Positions 28,390 through 38,508 of a stretch of DNA of 64,000 nt are shown in pieces. Location of the stretch: NCBI GenBank assembly GCA_043810925.1, contig JBDRNT010000106.1, positions 28,942-92,941 of the forward strand, written 5' to 3'. Every line of letters starts with the position of its first letter. Positions within the stretch are counted from its first letter, which is position 1. The position numbers and the translations under genes are program-made. The DNA comes from Candidatus Eiseniibacteriota bacterium. GTDB lineage: Bacteria; Arandabacterota; Arandabacteria; Arandabacterales; Arandabacteraceae. The notes beneath the pieces are model-generated. The model was not told the DNA's origin. It saw only the letters and a list, made by a program, of their open reading frames with translations, and searched no databases.

Positions 28390-29085
28390 ATGAGACAATT
28401 AAAGCTGCTTTTCATGCTGGTGTTGATAATCGGCCTTGCCGAGAGGGCCGCAGCTCACGAACATTGGGTTGACGTATCATCCTTCTATCCCGATCGTGGC
28501 GAGACGCTTGAGGTCTATATCTGTAGCGGACATCACTTCCCCGAAGGCGATCATGTCCTTGAGGACAAGGTGGTGGAGGGCTTGAGGATGTGGACCGCCG
28601 GCAAGACGCCGCGGCTCATCGAGTCTGTGGTTGATGAGAAGTTCCGGACCGCCGAGATTGCGCTTGAACACGAAGGCGTCCATATTGTTGGTTTCACGCT
28701 CAAGCGTCCCAAGGCCAAGAAACCCAGCTTTGAGGCAAAGGCGATCGTCGTGGCTAATCCTCTCAAGGATGATCCCGGGCGCTATGGTCTGGGCGAGGGT
28801 CTCGAACTGGTTCCACTTGAGGCCGTGTCTGCCATAAGACCGGGAGATACACTTTCAGTATCGCTTGCTCTTGATGGTAACTCCATCGGCGCACCATTGC
28901 AGGTGATTCCGGAGAACGGCAGAACCCACTATGCCCGGACAGATGTTGACGCGCCGGCCCCGATACCAATCCGTACATGTGGCAGATACCTGGTGATGGC
29001 GCAGGTCGAGGGCCGCGGTGCGTCATTGGTTTTCGAGGTACGTGAACAAGATGCAACGGAGGACATGGGAAAGGAGATTCCGTGA
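28390..29085 (+). CDS. periplasmic Ni/Co uptake accessory protein (DUF4198-like)
   Basis: Signal peptide then HEHW, SGHHFP, GLELVPL; located in an ECF operon. Confidence 0.75.
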   Translation: MRQLKLLFMLVLIIGLAERAAAHEHWVDVSSFYPDRGETLEVYICSGHHFPEGDHVLEDKVVEGLRMWTAGKTPRLIESVVDEKFRTAEIALEHEGVHIVGFTLKRPKAKKPSFEAKAIVVANPLKDDPGRYGLGEGLELVPLEAVSAIRPGDTLSVSLALDGNSIGAPLQVIPENGRTHYARTDVDAPAPIPIRTCGRYLVMAQVEGRGASLVFEVREQDATEDMGKEIP

Positions 29086-29525
29086 GACGACTGGTAGCAG
29101 GAATCCTGGCTGTCGGCCTGGTAGCCATCGCGGCTGTGGTGTGTCTGGGACACGGAGCCCAATGCGAAGCTATTGAAGGTGCGGTGGCCATCGAGGCTCG
29201 CTACCACGATGGCAATCCCATGGCTTTCTGTGATGCTGAGGTCTTAAGACCAGGCGACGATTCCGAAGCGTTTCAGACAGGAAGCACCGATTGTCACGGT
29301 GCCTTCGGATTCGTTCCCGATACCACGGGCACTTGGAAGGTCGTAGTGGACGACGGCATGGGCCACATGGCAAGCAGCGAGGTGATTGTGGGACCCGACG
29401 GCATCCGTGGCGAGAGCGCCGTGGGTGGTGACCGGGTCCGTGAGGTTGTCACGGGTGTGGCCGTGATTTTCGGTCTCTTCGGTGTCGTGGCTCTATTTTA
29501 CTGCCGCCGGAAGGGTGGCGCGTAA
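29082..29525 (+). CDS. NikL/CbiL-like ECF accessory membrane protein
   Basis: FQTGSTD..GAFGFVPD..GTWKVVVDDGMGH, C-terminal transmembrane segment. Confidence 0.75.
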   Translation: MRRLVAGILAVGLVAIAAVVCLGHGAQCEAIEGAVAIEARYHDGNPMAFCDAEVLRPGDDSEAFQTGSTDCHGAFGFVPDTTGTWKVVVDDGMGHMASSEVIVGPDGIRGESAVGGDRVREVVTGVAVIFGLFGVVALFYCRRKGGA

Positions 29526-29528
29526 GCC

Positions 29529-30164
29529 ATGCACATTGCCGAAGGAGTCGCACCTGTTCCCGTGGCAGCCGTGGGAGCTCTGGTGGCGGGTGCCGGGGTT
29601 GCTCTCGGCATTCGCGTGATGAAAGATGAACAAATCCCACGAGCCGCGCTCATGTCCGCCGCTATCTTTGTTGCCTCGGTGGTTATTCGTCTCCCGCTTG
29701 GCCCCTCAGCCGTTCACCCGGTCTTAAACGGCCTGGCAGGCCTCGTGCTCGGATGGGCGGCACTCCCGGCGTTTTTGATCTCGCTTTTCCTTCAGGCGCT
29801 TCTCTTTCAATTCGGCGGTTTCACGACGCTTGGCATAAATACCGTGACCATGGGATTCCCGGCCATCGCCGTATACTACCTGTTCAGCCGGAGGCTCCGT
29901 GCTTCGACAACCGGGCGCAGTTCCTTCACGATCGGCCTGGCAGCAGGGATGACTGCAGTCGCTCTCTCGTTCATACTCTGGGCCGGTGCGCTGATACTCT
30001 GCGGAAAGCATCTCAGGACAATCGTCGGACTTGCGCTTGTGCCGCATCTGGCAATCATAGTGATCGAGGGTATGTTCACCGGGTTCGTCGCCGCTTTCCT
30101 CACCCGGGTCTACCCCGGTGTGTTCGAGATGCCGCAGCAGATTCGAAAAAGCGGTGGATCGTGA
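29529..30164 (+). CDS. cbiM: ECF Ni/Co substrate-specific component CbiM/NikM
   Basis: N-terminal MHIAEG, LQALLFQFGG.TTLG.N. Confidence 0.92.
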   Translation: MHIAEGVAPVPVAAVGALVAGAGVALGIRVMKDEQIPRAALMSAAIFVASVVIRLPLGPSAVHPVLNGLAGLVLGWAALPAFLISLFLQALLFQFGGFTTLGINTVTMGFPAIAVYYLFSRRLRASTTGRSSFTIGLAAGMTAVALSFILWAGALILCGKHLRTIVGLALVPHLAIIVIEGMFTGFVAAFLTRVYPGVFEMPQQIRKSGGS

Positions 30165-30916
30165 GTTGCACAACCTACTTTGCCGGTGACACCATTGTTC
30201 ACCGGCTTGACCCGCGCGGGCGGATCATGCTCTCGGCTCTCTTCTCGCTGCTTGTGGCACTGAGCAGCAACTTCCGCGTGCTCGGAATCGGTGCGGCCCT
30301 GGGTACGTTTCTGGTGCTTCTGGCCAGGATTCCCGCAGGCCCTCTGGCAAGACGTCTCCTGAGACTCAACAGTTTCATGGCCGTGGTGTTCGTCATGGTT
30401 CCGTTGACCTATCCCGGCCGGGCCGCTTTCACAATCGGGCCGCTTGGCTACAGCGTAGATGGACTCACCTGGTGCGCCGTGCTTATCCTCAAGGCCAATG
30501 CCATCGTGCTCGCACTCACCGCGCTCTTAGGCACGGTTGAGCTCTTCGAGCTCGGGCATGCCTTCCAGCACCTGCGCGTGCCCGATAAGCTTATCCATCT
30601 TTTCATGTTCACTCTGAGGTATCTCGATGTTCTTCATCATGAGTATGAGAACCTGCTACGGGCGATGAAGGCGCGGGCATTCCGGCCGAGAATGAGCCGG
30701 CATACGTACGCCAGCTACGGTAATCTCGTTGCGATGCTGTTGGTTCGCAGCCTCGAGCGATCGGAGCGTATCATGGCGGCCATGAAGTGCCGGGGCTTCC
30801 GTGGGAAGTTCTATATCTTCAGGCACTTTGAGTTTCACCGGCGTGATCTCGTCTTCGCATGTGTGAGCGTCCTGGTCTTATCCGGTCTGGCTGTCATTGG
30901 AGTGCTTGGGAGATAG
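30161..30916 (+). CDS. cbiQ: ECF transmembrane T component CbiQ/NikQ
   Basis: HRLDPR, FTLRYL, AMKARAF, AMKCRGF; GTG start overlaps the cbiM stop. Confidence 0.9.
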   Translation: MSCTTYFAGDTIVHRLDPRGRIMLSALFSLLVALSSNFRVLGIGAALGTFLVLLARIPAGPLARRLLRLNSFMAVVFVMVPLTYPGRAAFTIGPLGYSVDGLTWCAVLILKANAIVLALTALLGTVELFELGHAFQHLRVPDKLIHLFMFTLRYLDVLHHEYENLLRAMKARAFRPRMSRHTYASYGNLVAMLLVRSLERSERIMAAMKCRGFRGKFYIFRHFEFHRRDLVFACVSVLVLSGLAVIGVLGR

Positions 30917-30925
30917 GATGATCAA

Positions 30926-31588
30926 ATGGATGAAAGCGGGCATGTAAGGTTCAAAGACGTATGGTACCGCTACCCGAAAGGGGAGAAGGTCCTCGAGGGA
31001 GTGGACGTCACCCTTCGGACCGGGGAGCGCCTCGGTCTTATCGGCCATATCGGATGCGGTAAGACGACGCTGCTTCATCTCATAGTCGGACTCATCTGTC
31101 CCGATCGCGGGTCGATCGAAGTTTTCGGCCGGCCGAGAAGTGAGGAGAAAGATTTCTGGGAAGTACGTGAGCGCGTGGGACTTGTCTTTCAGGATCCTGA
31201 TGATCAACTCTTCTGTCCAACGGTCCGTGAGGACATTGCTTTCGGTCCTCTGAATCTGGGGCGAACCCGGGAAGAGACGGATGGCCTGATCCAGGAGGCA
31301 TTGGCCGACGTAGGTCTTAAAGGTTTCGAGGACCGGATCACCCATCATCTCTCGGGTGGGGAGAAGCGCCTTGTATCGCTCGCGACCGTGCTTGCCATGA
31401 AGCCCGCCGTCCTTCTCCTGGACGAACCCGCAAACGACCTCGATACGGAATCGGCGGAGCGCATCCGCAACCTCCTGCTTCGACTTCCCCAGAGCATGAT
31501 CGTGGTGTCTCATGACCGCGGCCTCCTCGAGGCTGTTACTACGCGCATCGTGAAACTGGAGAATGGCAGAATCAAGGAAGTGAAGTAG
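30926..31588 (+). CDS. cbiO: ECF ATPase CbiO/NikO
   Basis: GHIGCGKTT, VFQDPDDQLF, LSGGEK, LLLDEP, SHD. Confidence 0.92.
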   Translation: MDESGHVRFKDVWYRYPKGEKVLEGVDVTLRTGERLGLIGHIGCGKTTLLHLIVGLICPDRGSIEVFGRPRSEEKDFWEVRERVGLVFQDPDDQLFCPTVREDIAFGPLNLGRTREETDGLIQEALADVGLKGFEDRITHHLSGGEKRLVSLATVLAMKPAVLLLDEPANDLDTESAERIRNLLLRLPQSMIVVSHDRGLLEAVTTRIVKLENGRIKEVK

Positions 31589-31595
31589 ACGGCTC

Positions 31596-32537
31596 TCAGC
31601 GGTCCTTGGACGACTCGATAAACTTGTAGAACTCACCGTCGGTCGATAGAACAAGCGAGGTCTCTGAATCAAGCGTGGTCTTATAGACTTCCATCGTTTT
31701 TAAGAACTCGTAGAAGGACCGTGAATCCTGAGAACGGTTGTATGCAGCGGCATAGATCGCGGTGGCCTCCGCGTCGGCCTTTCCGATGAGCTCCCGGGCC
31801 TCACGGTATGCGCCAGACTGGATCCGCTTAAGCTCGCGCTCCCTCTCGCCCCGGATCCGCGAGGCCTCACCCTCACCCTCGGACCGGAACCGGTCGGCAA
31901 TCCGCTGACGCTCGGCAATCATCCGCTCGTATACCTTGCGTCTTACCTCTTCAACGTAATTTATGCGCTTAAACTGGACGTCCAGGATTTCGATACCCAG
32001 ATCTTCCGTTCGGCTCTGGGCTTTGGCGAGGATCTCCATGCGTATCATATCCCTGCCGACATATATGTCCTCAAGACCGGTCTCGTCCCTGGCCTCAAGC
32101 TCGCTCTGCTCCGGCGTGCGGTTGGTGTTGCGGACCACCTCGAGCAGGTTATGGTTGGCGATCGCATTTCGGGTCTCCCCGTCGAGAATATCATCAAGCC
32201 GTGTCTGCGCACCCCGTTCGTCCCTGAGACGCTGGAAGTAAAGCAGGGGATCGGTGATGCGCCAGCGGGCGTACATATCAACCCAGACAAAGCGCTTATC
32301 CTTGGTGGGTAGCTGGTTGGGGTCACCATCCCACTCGATGAAGCGCTTCTCGAACATGTGTGCCCTCTGGACGAGGGGCACCTTGACCTTAAGACCCGGC
32401 TTCGTGATCGGGTCCCCTATGGGCCGCCCGAACTGGGTGATTATCACCTGCTCGTTTTCTTTGACAATATACAGACTGCTCCCGAGCACGATCAGGATCA
32501 CAATCCCTACAATGATAGCGGCGGCAATCCGTATCAT
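31596..32537 (-). CDS. hflC: FtsH modulator HflC
   Basis: N-terminal TM, SPFH domain, RMIAERQRIA..FRSEG. Confidence 0.92.
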   Translation of the reverse strand: MIRIAAAIIVGIVILIVLGSSLYIVKENEQVIITQFGRPIGDPITKPGLKVKVPLVQRAHMFEKRFIEWDGDPNQLPTKDKRFVWVDMYARWRITDPLLYFQRLRDERGAQTRLDDILDGETRNAIANHNLLEVVRNTNRTPEQSELEARDETGLEDIYVGRDMIRMEILAKAQSRTEDLGIEILDVQFKRINYVEEVRRKVYERMIAERQRIADRFRSEGEGEASRIRGERERELKRIQSGAYREARELIGKADAEATAIYAAAYNRSQDSRSFYEFLKTMEVYKTTLDSETSLVLSTDGEFYKFIESSKDR

Positions 32538-32577
32538 GTGTTTCCTCTCACTGACTTGTGTTGCGCTACCTGCCCGG

Positions 32578-33576
32578 TCACTCCTGGCCCGCTCCTTTTG
32601 ATGGATTCAAGTTAAGAAGCGGAAGAATTCCTCTCAGATCGTTATCGACAATGATCTTCCGCTCAACGAGCGGAAGGATCTCGCTCATCGTCTCGAGATA
32701 GATCCGCTTCCGCGTAACCTCGGGTGCTTTCAGATATTCATCATAGACCGCGACAAAGCGGGCCGAATCTCCCCGTGCCCGGTTAAGACGGTCGAGGGCA
32801 TAACCTTCGGCCTGCCGGATTGTCTGCTCGGCCTCACCCCGTGCCCTTGGGACCACCTTGTTATATTCCGACTGGGCTTCATTTATTAGTCGCTCACGCT
32901 CCTGCTGGGCTTCGTTGACCTCATTAAAGGACGGCTTTACGGGATCCGGTGGATTGACATCCTGAAGCACCACCTGCTCCACCTTGATCCCCGTCTCGTA
33001 CTGGTCACAGAGCTCCTGAAGCTGCTGCAGAACATTATCGGCGACTTCTTGGCGGCCGATCGTCAGGACCTCGTTAACCGTGCGGTCACCTACCACGCGT
33101 CGCATGACCGCTTCCGACATATCGCGGAAGGTATTCTGGACATTGCGAACGCGGAAGAGGTACATGTAGGGCTCAACAATCCGGTACTGAACCACCCACT
33201 CGACCACCGCGGCATTGAGGTCGCCTGTGAGCATGTTGGACTCACCGGTCGTTCCTTTGCTCGTGTACTCGGTCCTCACACCGGCTTTGACCGTGCGGAA
33301 CCCGAACTCCTGCTTTAGCTGGCGCTGGACGGGGACCTTGGTTACACCTTCGACACCGAAGGGGAGCTTAACATGAAGCCCCGGATCGGTGCTCCGGACA
33401 TACTTGCCGAGCCGGAGCACAACACCGATTTCCTCAGGACCCACTGTGTAGAGAGTCGTGAAGAGGAAGATTATGATCACGATGGCGGGAACGATCCAGC
33501 GTATGAGTCCCTTGGGAGCATGCGGCAGCGTGACTTTCCGCAAGTCCATGATGTCTCCGAAGTCATTCCGCTCCAT
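32578..33576 (-). CDS. hflK: FtsH modulator HflK
   Basis: MLTGDLN, DVNPP, YLKAPEVTRKRIYLETM. Confidence 0.92.
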   Translation of the reverse strand: MERNDFGDIMDLRKVTLPHAPKGLIRWIVPAIVIIIFLFTTLYTVGPEEIGVVLRLGKYVRSTDPGLHVKLPFGVEGVTKVPVQRQLKQEFGFRTVKAGVRTEYTSKGTTGESNMLTGDLNAAVVEWVVQYRIVEPYMYLFRVRNVQNTFRDMSEAVMRRVVGDRTVNEVLTIGRQEVADNVLQQLQELCDQYETGIKVEQVVLQDVNPPDPVKPSFNEVNEAQQERERLINEAQSEYNKVVPRARGEAEQTIRQAEGYALDRLNRARGDSARFVAVYDEYLKAPEVTRKRIYLETMSEILPLVERKIIVDNDLRGILPLLNLNPSKGAGQE

Positions 33577-33724
33577 CGTCAGGCACTCCTTCTATTCGAG
33601 ATCGTTGGCACGACCGTACCACATCGCCGGATCAATGCAAGAAGTTTTTTTTAAAAGGTTATACCAATCCACTTGTCAGGCGGTATTTGGAGTATAACGC
33701 TATCAGTTCGCCCGCGAATCTATC

Positions 33725-34198
33725 TCATTCCGTCCGGAAGGTCTCGTAACCCTTTTCCTTTGGCTTCGGTAGCGTTTCAGTTTTCTTGGAGAAACCGACC
33801 ACTTTTCCCATGCCGTCAAGCGTTACTTCAGCACAAGCTGTCTCCCTGGCCGGCTCACGCTCAGCCAGAAGGCAAAGTTCGTAAGTACCCGCCGGCACCG
33901 GCAAATTCCCAGGCATCGGGAAAGTCAACTCCCGATCAACCTTGAAGTCCGAAGGCACAAAGATGTCGAGCGTAAGAGTTCGCACCACATTGCCGTCGAA
34001 TTTGAGTGTCGCCGTAAAGGTCGTAACACCGGGTTCGGTGCGGTAGTCCTCATAATGGAAGTAGATCCTGAAGAAATCCTGTGCGGTGGCGTGGATAATC
34101 TCAGCTTCGAGCTCCAGAGCCATATACACGTGAGCATTCGCAGGGGCTACCCAGGAAGCGAGCAGCGCCAGGCTTACCAGAGTGAACAATGTCTTCAT
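33725..34198 (-). CDS. secreted hypothetical protein (Ig-like beta fold likely)
   Basis: Signal peptide ending ANA; beta-rich composition. Confidence 0.6.
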   Translation of the reverse strand: MKTLFTLVSLALLASWVAPANAHVYMALELEAEIIHATAQDFFRIYFHYEDYRTEPGVTTFTATLKFDGNVVRTLTLDIFVPSDFKVDRELTFPMPGNLPVPAGTYELCLLAEREPARETACAEVTLDGMGKVVGFSKKTETLPKPKEKGYETFRTE

Positions 34199-34357
34199 CT
34201 ACTCAAACACCTCCTCTTCTCGTCTTTCCTCATCCTTGAGTAGTTTATGCGGATACTCGCTGCTTGTTGGGATATATCACAAATCACGGATCCCGTCAAG
34301 GGGAAAGCCGCATGCCGGCTCGTTTGATCAGGTTCTAATGTCCGTCTATTTGGTCCT

Positions 34358-35494
34358 CTACTTGTCCAGCGGTTTCCCCAGCACCTGCTCGAACATCGCA
34401 TCGTCCTGGTAGGCGCCCTCGGCTATGAGCTGGCGGTACCTCACAAAGTCGATCACGTCCGTGCCCGTTATCTTCTTGGTGTTAAAGGCATGGAAACCTA
34501 AGAAGGCCTCGCCTGCCATATTGGCGGCCAGCCAGTGTCTGTTATAGTTCTTCGAATAATCCCAGAAGAACTTCTTCTTGGCTCTTATGCTGTCGATGGT
34601 CTTTATGAGACAGCCCGGGAAGAGGTTGGTGAACCTCCAGAGAATGTCGTCTATGGCCTTATCAAGTAGCGTGAAGTCTATCGTCGCTTCTTTGACATAG
34701 GTCCTGGCCTTCTTCATCTCGTCGCCGGTCTTAAACTCACCGTAGACGATCTCACCACCGTCGACATACCTGTCGGTTACGACCTGCGGATTTCTCACCC
34801 ACTTGTCCCCGTCCTTTATTACGGGAACCGCTTTTGTGATGAAACCGAGCCGCTTCATCTTATAAGCCGACCACATCTCGCATGATATGCAGTTCCACAT
34901 GGCATCTTCGATCCCGAGGTACCACGGCAGGAAATCGCTCGAGCCGCCGTCCGGTGCCGAGCCGTAACGCGGACCGGCCTGACCGTATATCGCCAGATCG
35001 GAGCTCACCGCAAGGTCGGCGGCCATACCGATTTCCTGGCCACCGGCGATCCGCATACCGTTCACACGGCAGATCACGGGTTTCTTGCAGAACATGATCG
35101 AGTCGACCATGTGATTGAAGAGCTCCATGTACTCCCCGTACTCATTCGGTCGGTTGCTGTAGTATTCGGCGTATTCCTTGGTGTTACCCCCCGTACAAAA
35201 TGCCTTGTCCCCGACTGCCGTGAAGATGACGGCAACAACGCTCCTGTCCAGGGATGCGTTGTGGAAGCCGGCAATCACACCTTTTACCATGTCGGTGGTG
35301 TATGAGTTATACTGCCTCGGATTGTTGAGTGTAATCCAGGCTGAATAGAGCCCCTTGACTGCTTTGCCTTCAGCATCGATGATCGGTTTCTTCTCATAGC
35401 CTGTACACGGTGGCTCGGTCCCGAAGTACTGGTCTCCCTTATAAAGTGCGTGATCCTTGATCTCATTCTCTCTTGGCAACCATTCCAGCCCCAT
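34358..35494 (-). CDS. oah: 6-oxocyclohex-1-ene-1-carbonyl-CoA hydrolase (Oah/BamA/BzdY)
   Basis: WITLNNPRQYNSYTT, AFCTGGNTKEYAEYY, GMRIAGGQE, GSAPDGG, WLAANM..EA signature. Confidence 0.93.
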   Translation of the reverse strand: MGLEWLPRENEIKDHALYKGDQYFGTEPPCTGYEKKPIIDAEGKAVKGLYSAWITLNNPRQYNSYTTDMVKGVIAGFHNASLDRSVVAVIFTAVGDKAFCTGGNTKEYAEYYSNRPNEYGEYMELFNHMVDSIMFCKKPVICRVNGMRIAGGQEIGMAADLAVSSDLAIYGQAGPRYGSAPDGGSSDFLPWYLGIEDAMWNCISCEMWSAYKMKRLGFITKAVPVIKDGDKWVRNPQVVTDRYVDGGEIVYGEFKTGDEMKKARTYVKEATIDFTLLDKAIDDILWRFTNLFPGCLIKTIDSIRAKKKFFWDYSKNYNRHWLAANMAGEAFLGFHAFNTKKITGTDVIDFVRYRQLIAEGAYQDDAMFEQVLGKPLDK

Positions 35495-35658
35495 TTTGAT
35501 TCCTCCTTCTTTTTCGCTTGGGTGTCTTGAAACCGGTTAACTTTTAAGACGCCACATATTGCTGGTGCCTCCCACTGCCCCTAAGCACCGCGCCAGCATA
35601 GCACAACTTCCCAGTCGGGCGCAACAACTTGCCTTCCCGGTTTCTGAAGATGTTGCGA

Positions 35659-35716
35659 TAGTTTCGGTGACACCAAACTTAACTGTCGATAATTAAGTTT
35701 GGTGTCACCGAAATTG
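35659..35716. repeat. 21-bp perfect inverted repeat (REP/MITE-like)
   Basis: TTTCGGTGACACCAAACTTAA (35662-35682), 10-nt loop, TTAAGTTTGGTGTCACCGAAA (35693-35713). Confidence 0.85.
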
Positions 35717-35815
35717 TAGCCCCTCGAAGGCAGGCCGGTGCCCCGACACTTGACATCCCGCCCGACCCGGGATAAGATGCCTGCCAGATCACACCCAAAA
35801 GGAAGAGAGCGTTCC

Positions 35816-38320
35816 ATGCTTAAGCGAGCTTTGCTTCTCAGCTTTCTCGCAGTCCTGCTTGTTCCCGGTGCCGGCTTCACCCAGTCCACCGCTGAACGTA
35901 TGAGGACTGCAGAGAAGCATTTCGAATATCGCGATTACGATCTTGCCATCTCGGAGTATGAACGGATTCTTGCCGAGGATCCTGCCAACTACCGGGCGAT
36001 GGCAAGGCTGATATACGTTTATGAAGAGACCGGTGAGCTGGATCAGGCCAGGACCAGGTATGAGCGGATGATCGAGGATGACCCATCGGATAAGGTGGCC
36101 CACTTTTGTTTGGGAGTCACGCTTTCAGCGATGGATGAACACCGCCTGGCCATTGAACATTACACTGAAGCTGTGACGATTGACCCCGATTTCGACGTTG
36201 CCCACTCGCTGCTTGGCTGGTCGTGGGCAGAGCTTTCAGAGTTTGAGAATGCTACCAGATGTGTTGAAAGAGCTCTTGAAATCGACCCGGATCAACCGGA
36301 TCACCATGCCAGCCTGGGTTCGAGGCTCCTGTTATCCTGCACGCCAGAAAAAGCGGTGGCCAGCTATATCAGGGCCATCGAACTTGAACCGGACGATGTC
36401 GGCCACTATCACGATGCGGCTGACGCTTATTTCCGGCTGTGTGAATTCGATAGTTCGCTCAAGTACCTTGGGAAGGCTGTAGATCTGCGTCCCGATCTCC
36501 CGTCCCCCCGCATCCAACTGGGCCAGTGGTATTTCAGACGAGGGGACAGTGAGGGTGCCATCCGGGAGTTTAACAGGGCACGCGCTATAAGTCCGAAGAA
36601 TGAGACGGTACTGAATGAACTTGGTGATGCCCTGCTTAAGGAGGATCGACTGGGGGATGCTGAGGAATGCTTCCGCAAATCGCTCGAGCTCAAACCGCGC
36701 AATGCCCGCGCTCACAGCGGTCTCGCAGGTGTCTTTGTCGCCAGGGGACTCAATGATGAGGCTATTGCCGAGTGCGAGCTTGCGATCGAGATCGACCCGG
36801 ATCAACCCGAACCTTACTCCCGGCTGACTGAGATATACCAGCCACTTGGTGAGTACGGTACACTCATCGATATCTACAAGCGGGTTGCAGCAAGAGACGA
36901 TCTCAAAGCATGGGGATATACCTCGCTCTCGAGGGCATACCAGGTATCCGGGCTTCTCCCCGAGGCCGAGGAAGCTGTCAAGGAGGCACTCGCGCTGGCT
37001 CCGTGTTATGGATCTGCGCGTTGCCAGCTGGGCGAAGTCTATATGGCCCAGGGCAGGTTCGAGGAAGCGGCCCGCGAGTTGGAGGAAGGTGTGCGACTCA
37101 TGCCCTCATACGTTTGGGGCCAGATCGTACTCGGGTGGCTATATGAGAGCCAGGGGGATTATGACCGCGCAAGAGCATGCTATGAAAAATCGGTTGAGAT
37201 CGACCCGAGTAGTGGATTGGGGTACCAAGGTCTCGGTCAGACCTATGCGATCCTTGGAACAGAAGCCGGGTTGAGGCGTGGCAGTTCCTTCTTCCGTAAA
37301 GCGCTTCAGGAGAATCCCGATTTCGCAGGGGCGCACGTCGGTCTTGCATACACACTAATTGAACTCGACAGCCTTGAGGCAGGAGAACATCACGCCCGCA
37401 GGACAATCGAGCTCGAGCCGACGCAGCCGCCGGGGTACATGAGTCTGGTTCATTGCTTGATGAAGCAGGAGAGGTATGAGGAAGCGTTGGAAACGGGTCA
37501 ACGTGCTGCGGAACTCATACCTAACTCAAGCGTCCCGCACAGCCTGCTCTCGGAAGTCTATGCCGGGATGGGAATGATGGAGGAAGCCAATGCTGAGGCA
37601 GCAAAGGCGGTTGAGCTGGTGGCGGCAGAATCCGGCAGTTACCCGGAGCGAAGTACAGGCGAGGCGCGTAGGTATACAAACGCTGTCAAACGGGCGGTAA
37701 CACCCCAGAGCGTGGTAGTCCTCGTCCAGATCATCGTCTTTGCTCTCGCTATCATAGGTCATGAGGTCTCACACGCATGGGCCGCCGACCGGCTGGGGGA
37801 CCCCACCGCGCGTGAAGCCGGCAGAATTACGCTGAATCCCCTAAAGCATATAGATATCATGGGGTCCATTGTGATCCCCTTGATCCTGATTGCTTCAAAA
37901 TCCGGTGTGATCTTTGGGTGGGCCAAGCCCGTCCCCATCAACCCCGCGAACTTCAAGGACTTCCGGCAGGACACGTTCCTGTCGTCGCTTGCGGGACCCG
38001 GATCCAACATCGTGCAGGCATGCGGGTATGCACTTCTCTTCAGATTATCAGAGCAGGTGGGTCTTCCGGCGCCTGTCCAAGTTCTCTTCTTCTACGGAAC
38101 TTTCATAAACTTGATCCTTGCGGTCTTTAATCTAATACCCATCCCGCCGCTTGACGGATCGCACCTGGTTGCAAGCGTGCTTCCGACATCGATGGCCCGA
38201 CTCTATATGAAACTGAGAGGGGTGGGCTTCATTATCATAGTCGTGCTATTTTACGCCAATGCCATGGATAAACTGTTTGAGAAGGCATTCGATTTCGCCT
38301 CGCGCCTGCTCGGGCTTTAA
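35816..38320 (+). CDS. TPR-repeat protein fused to C-terminal site-2 protease (M50)
   Basis: Signal peptide, many TPRs, then HEVSH, NPLKHID, FGWAKPVP, AGPGSN, FNLIPIPPLDG. Confidence 0.88.
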   Translation: MLKRALLLSFLAVLLVPGAGFTQSTAERMRTAEKHFEYRDYDLAISEYERILAEDPANYRAMARLIYVYEETGELDQARTRYERMIEDDPSDKVAHFCLGVTLSAMDEHRLAIEHYTEAVTIDPDFDVAHSLLGWSWAELSEFENATRCVERALEIDPDQPDHHASLGSRLLLSCTPEKAVASYIRAIELEPDDVGHYHDAADAYFRLCEFDSSLKYLGKAVDLRPDLPSPRIQLGQWYFRRGDSEGAIREFNRARAISPKNETVLNELGDALLKEDRLGDAEECFRKSLELKPRNARAHSGLAGVFVARGLNDEAIAECELAIEIDPDQPEPYSRLTEIYQPLGEYGTLIDIYKRVAARDDLKAWGYTSLSRAYQVSGLLPEAEEAVKEALALAPCYGSARCQLGEVYMAQGRFEEAARELEEGVRLMPSYVWGQIVLGWLYESQGDYDRARACYEKSVEIDPSSGLGYQGLGQTYAILGTEAGLRRGSSFFRKALQENPDFAGAHVGLAYTLIELDSLEAGEHHARRTIELEPTQPPGYMSLVHCLMKQERYEEALETGQRAAELIPNSSVPHSLLSEVYAGMGMMEEANAEAAKAVELVAAESGSYPERSTGEARRYTNAVKRAVTPQSVVVLVQIIVFALAIIGHEVSHAWAADRLGDPTAREAGRITLNPLKHIDIMGSIVIPLILIASKSGVIFGWAKPVPINPANFKDFRQDTFLSSLAGPGSNIVQACGYALLFRLSEQVGLPAPVQVLFFYGTFINLILAVFNLIPIPPLDGSHLVASVLPTSMARLYMKLRGVGFIIIVVLFYANAMDKLFEKAFDFASRLLGL

Positions 38321-38508
38321 CCCGAGGGATTTCCCCCACTCGTTATGGTACCTGTTCGATCCCTGCCCACTCGGGATCTGATCAACCGGGGCGTCCCCAA
38401 CTCGTTCGGGAGGCTGTTTGCGGGGAACTTGACATACGGCCATCCCGTGGCTTATGCTTGGGTCTCTGAAGTGATAATCCAACTACATCTCAGACGGAGG
38501 ACTGAACC

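Noticed and set aside
29753-30160. N-terminal extension of the CbiQ ORF; likewise 13165-13278 for RelE and 24801-24905 for the methyltransferase
   Set aside because: These overlap upstream genes; downstream starts coupled to the preceding stop fit better.
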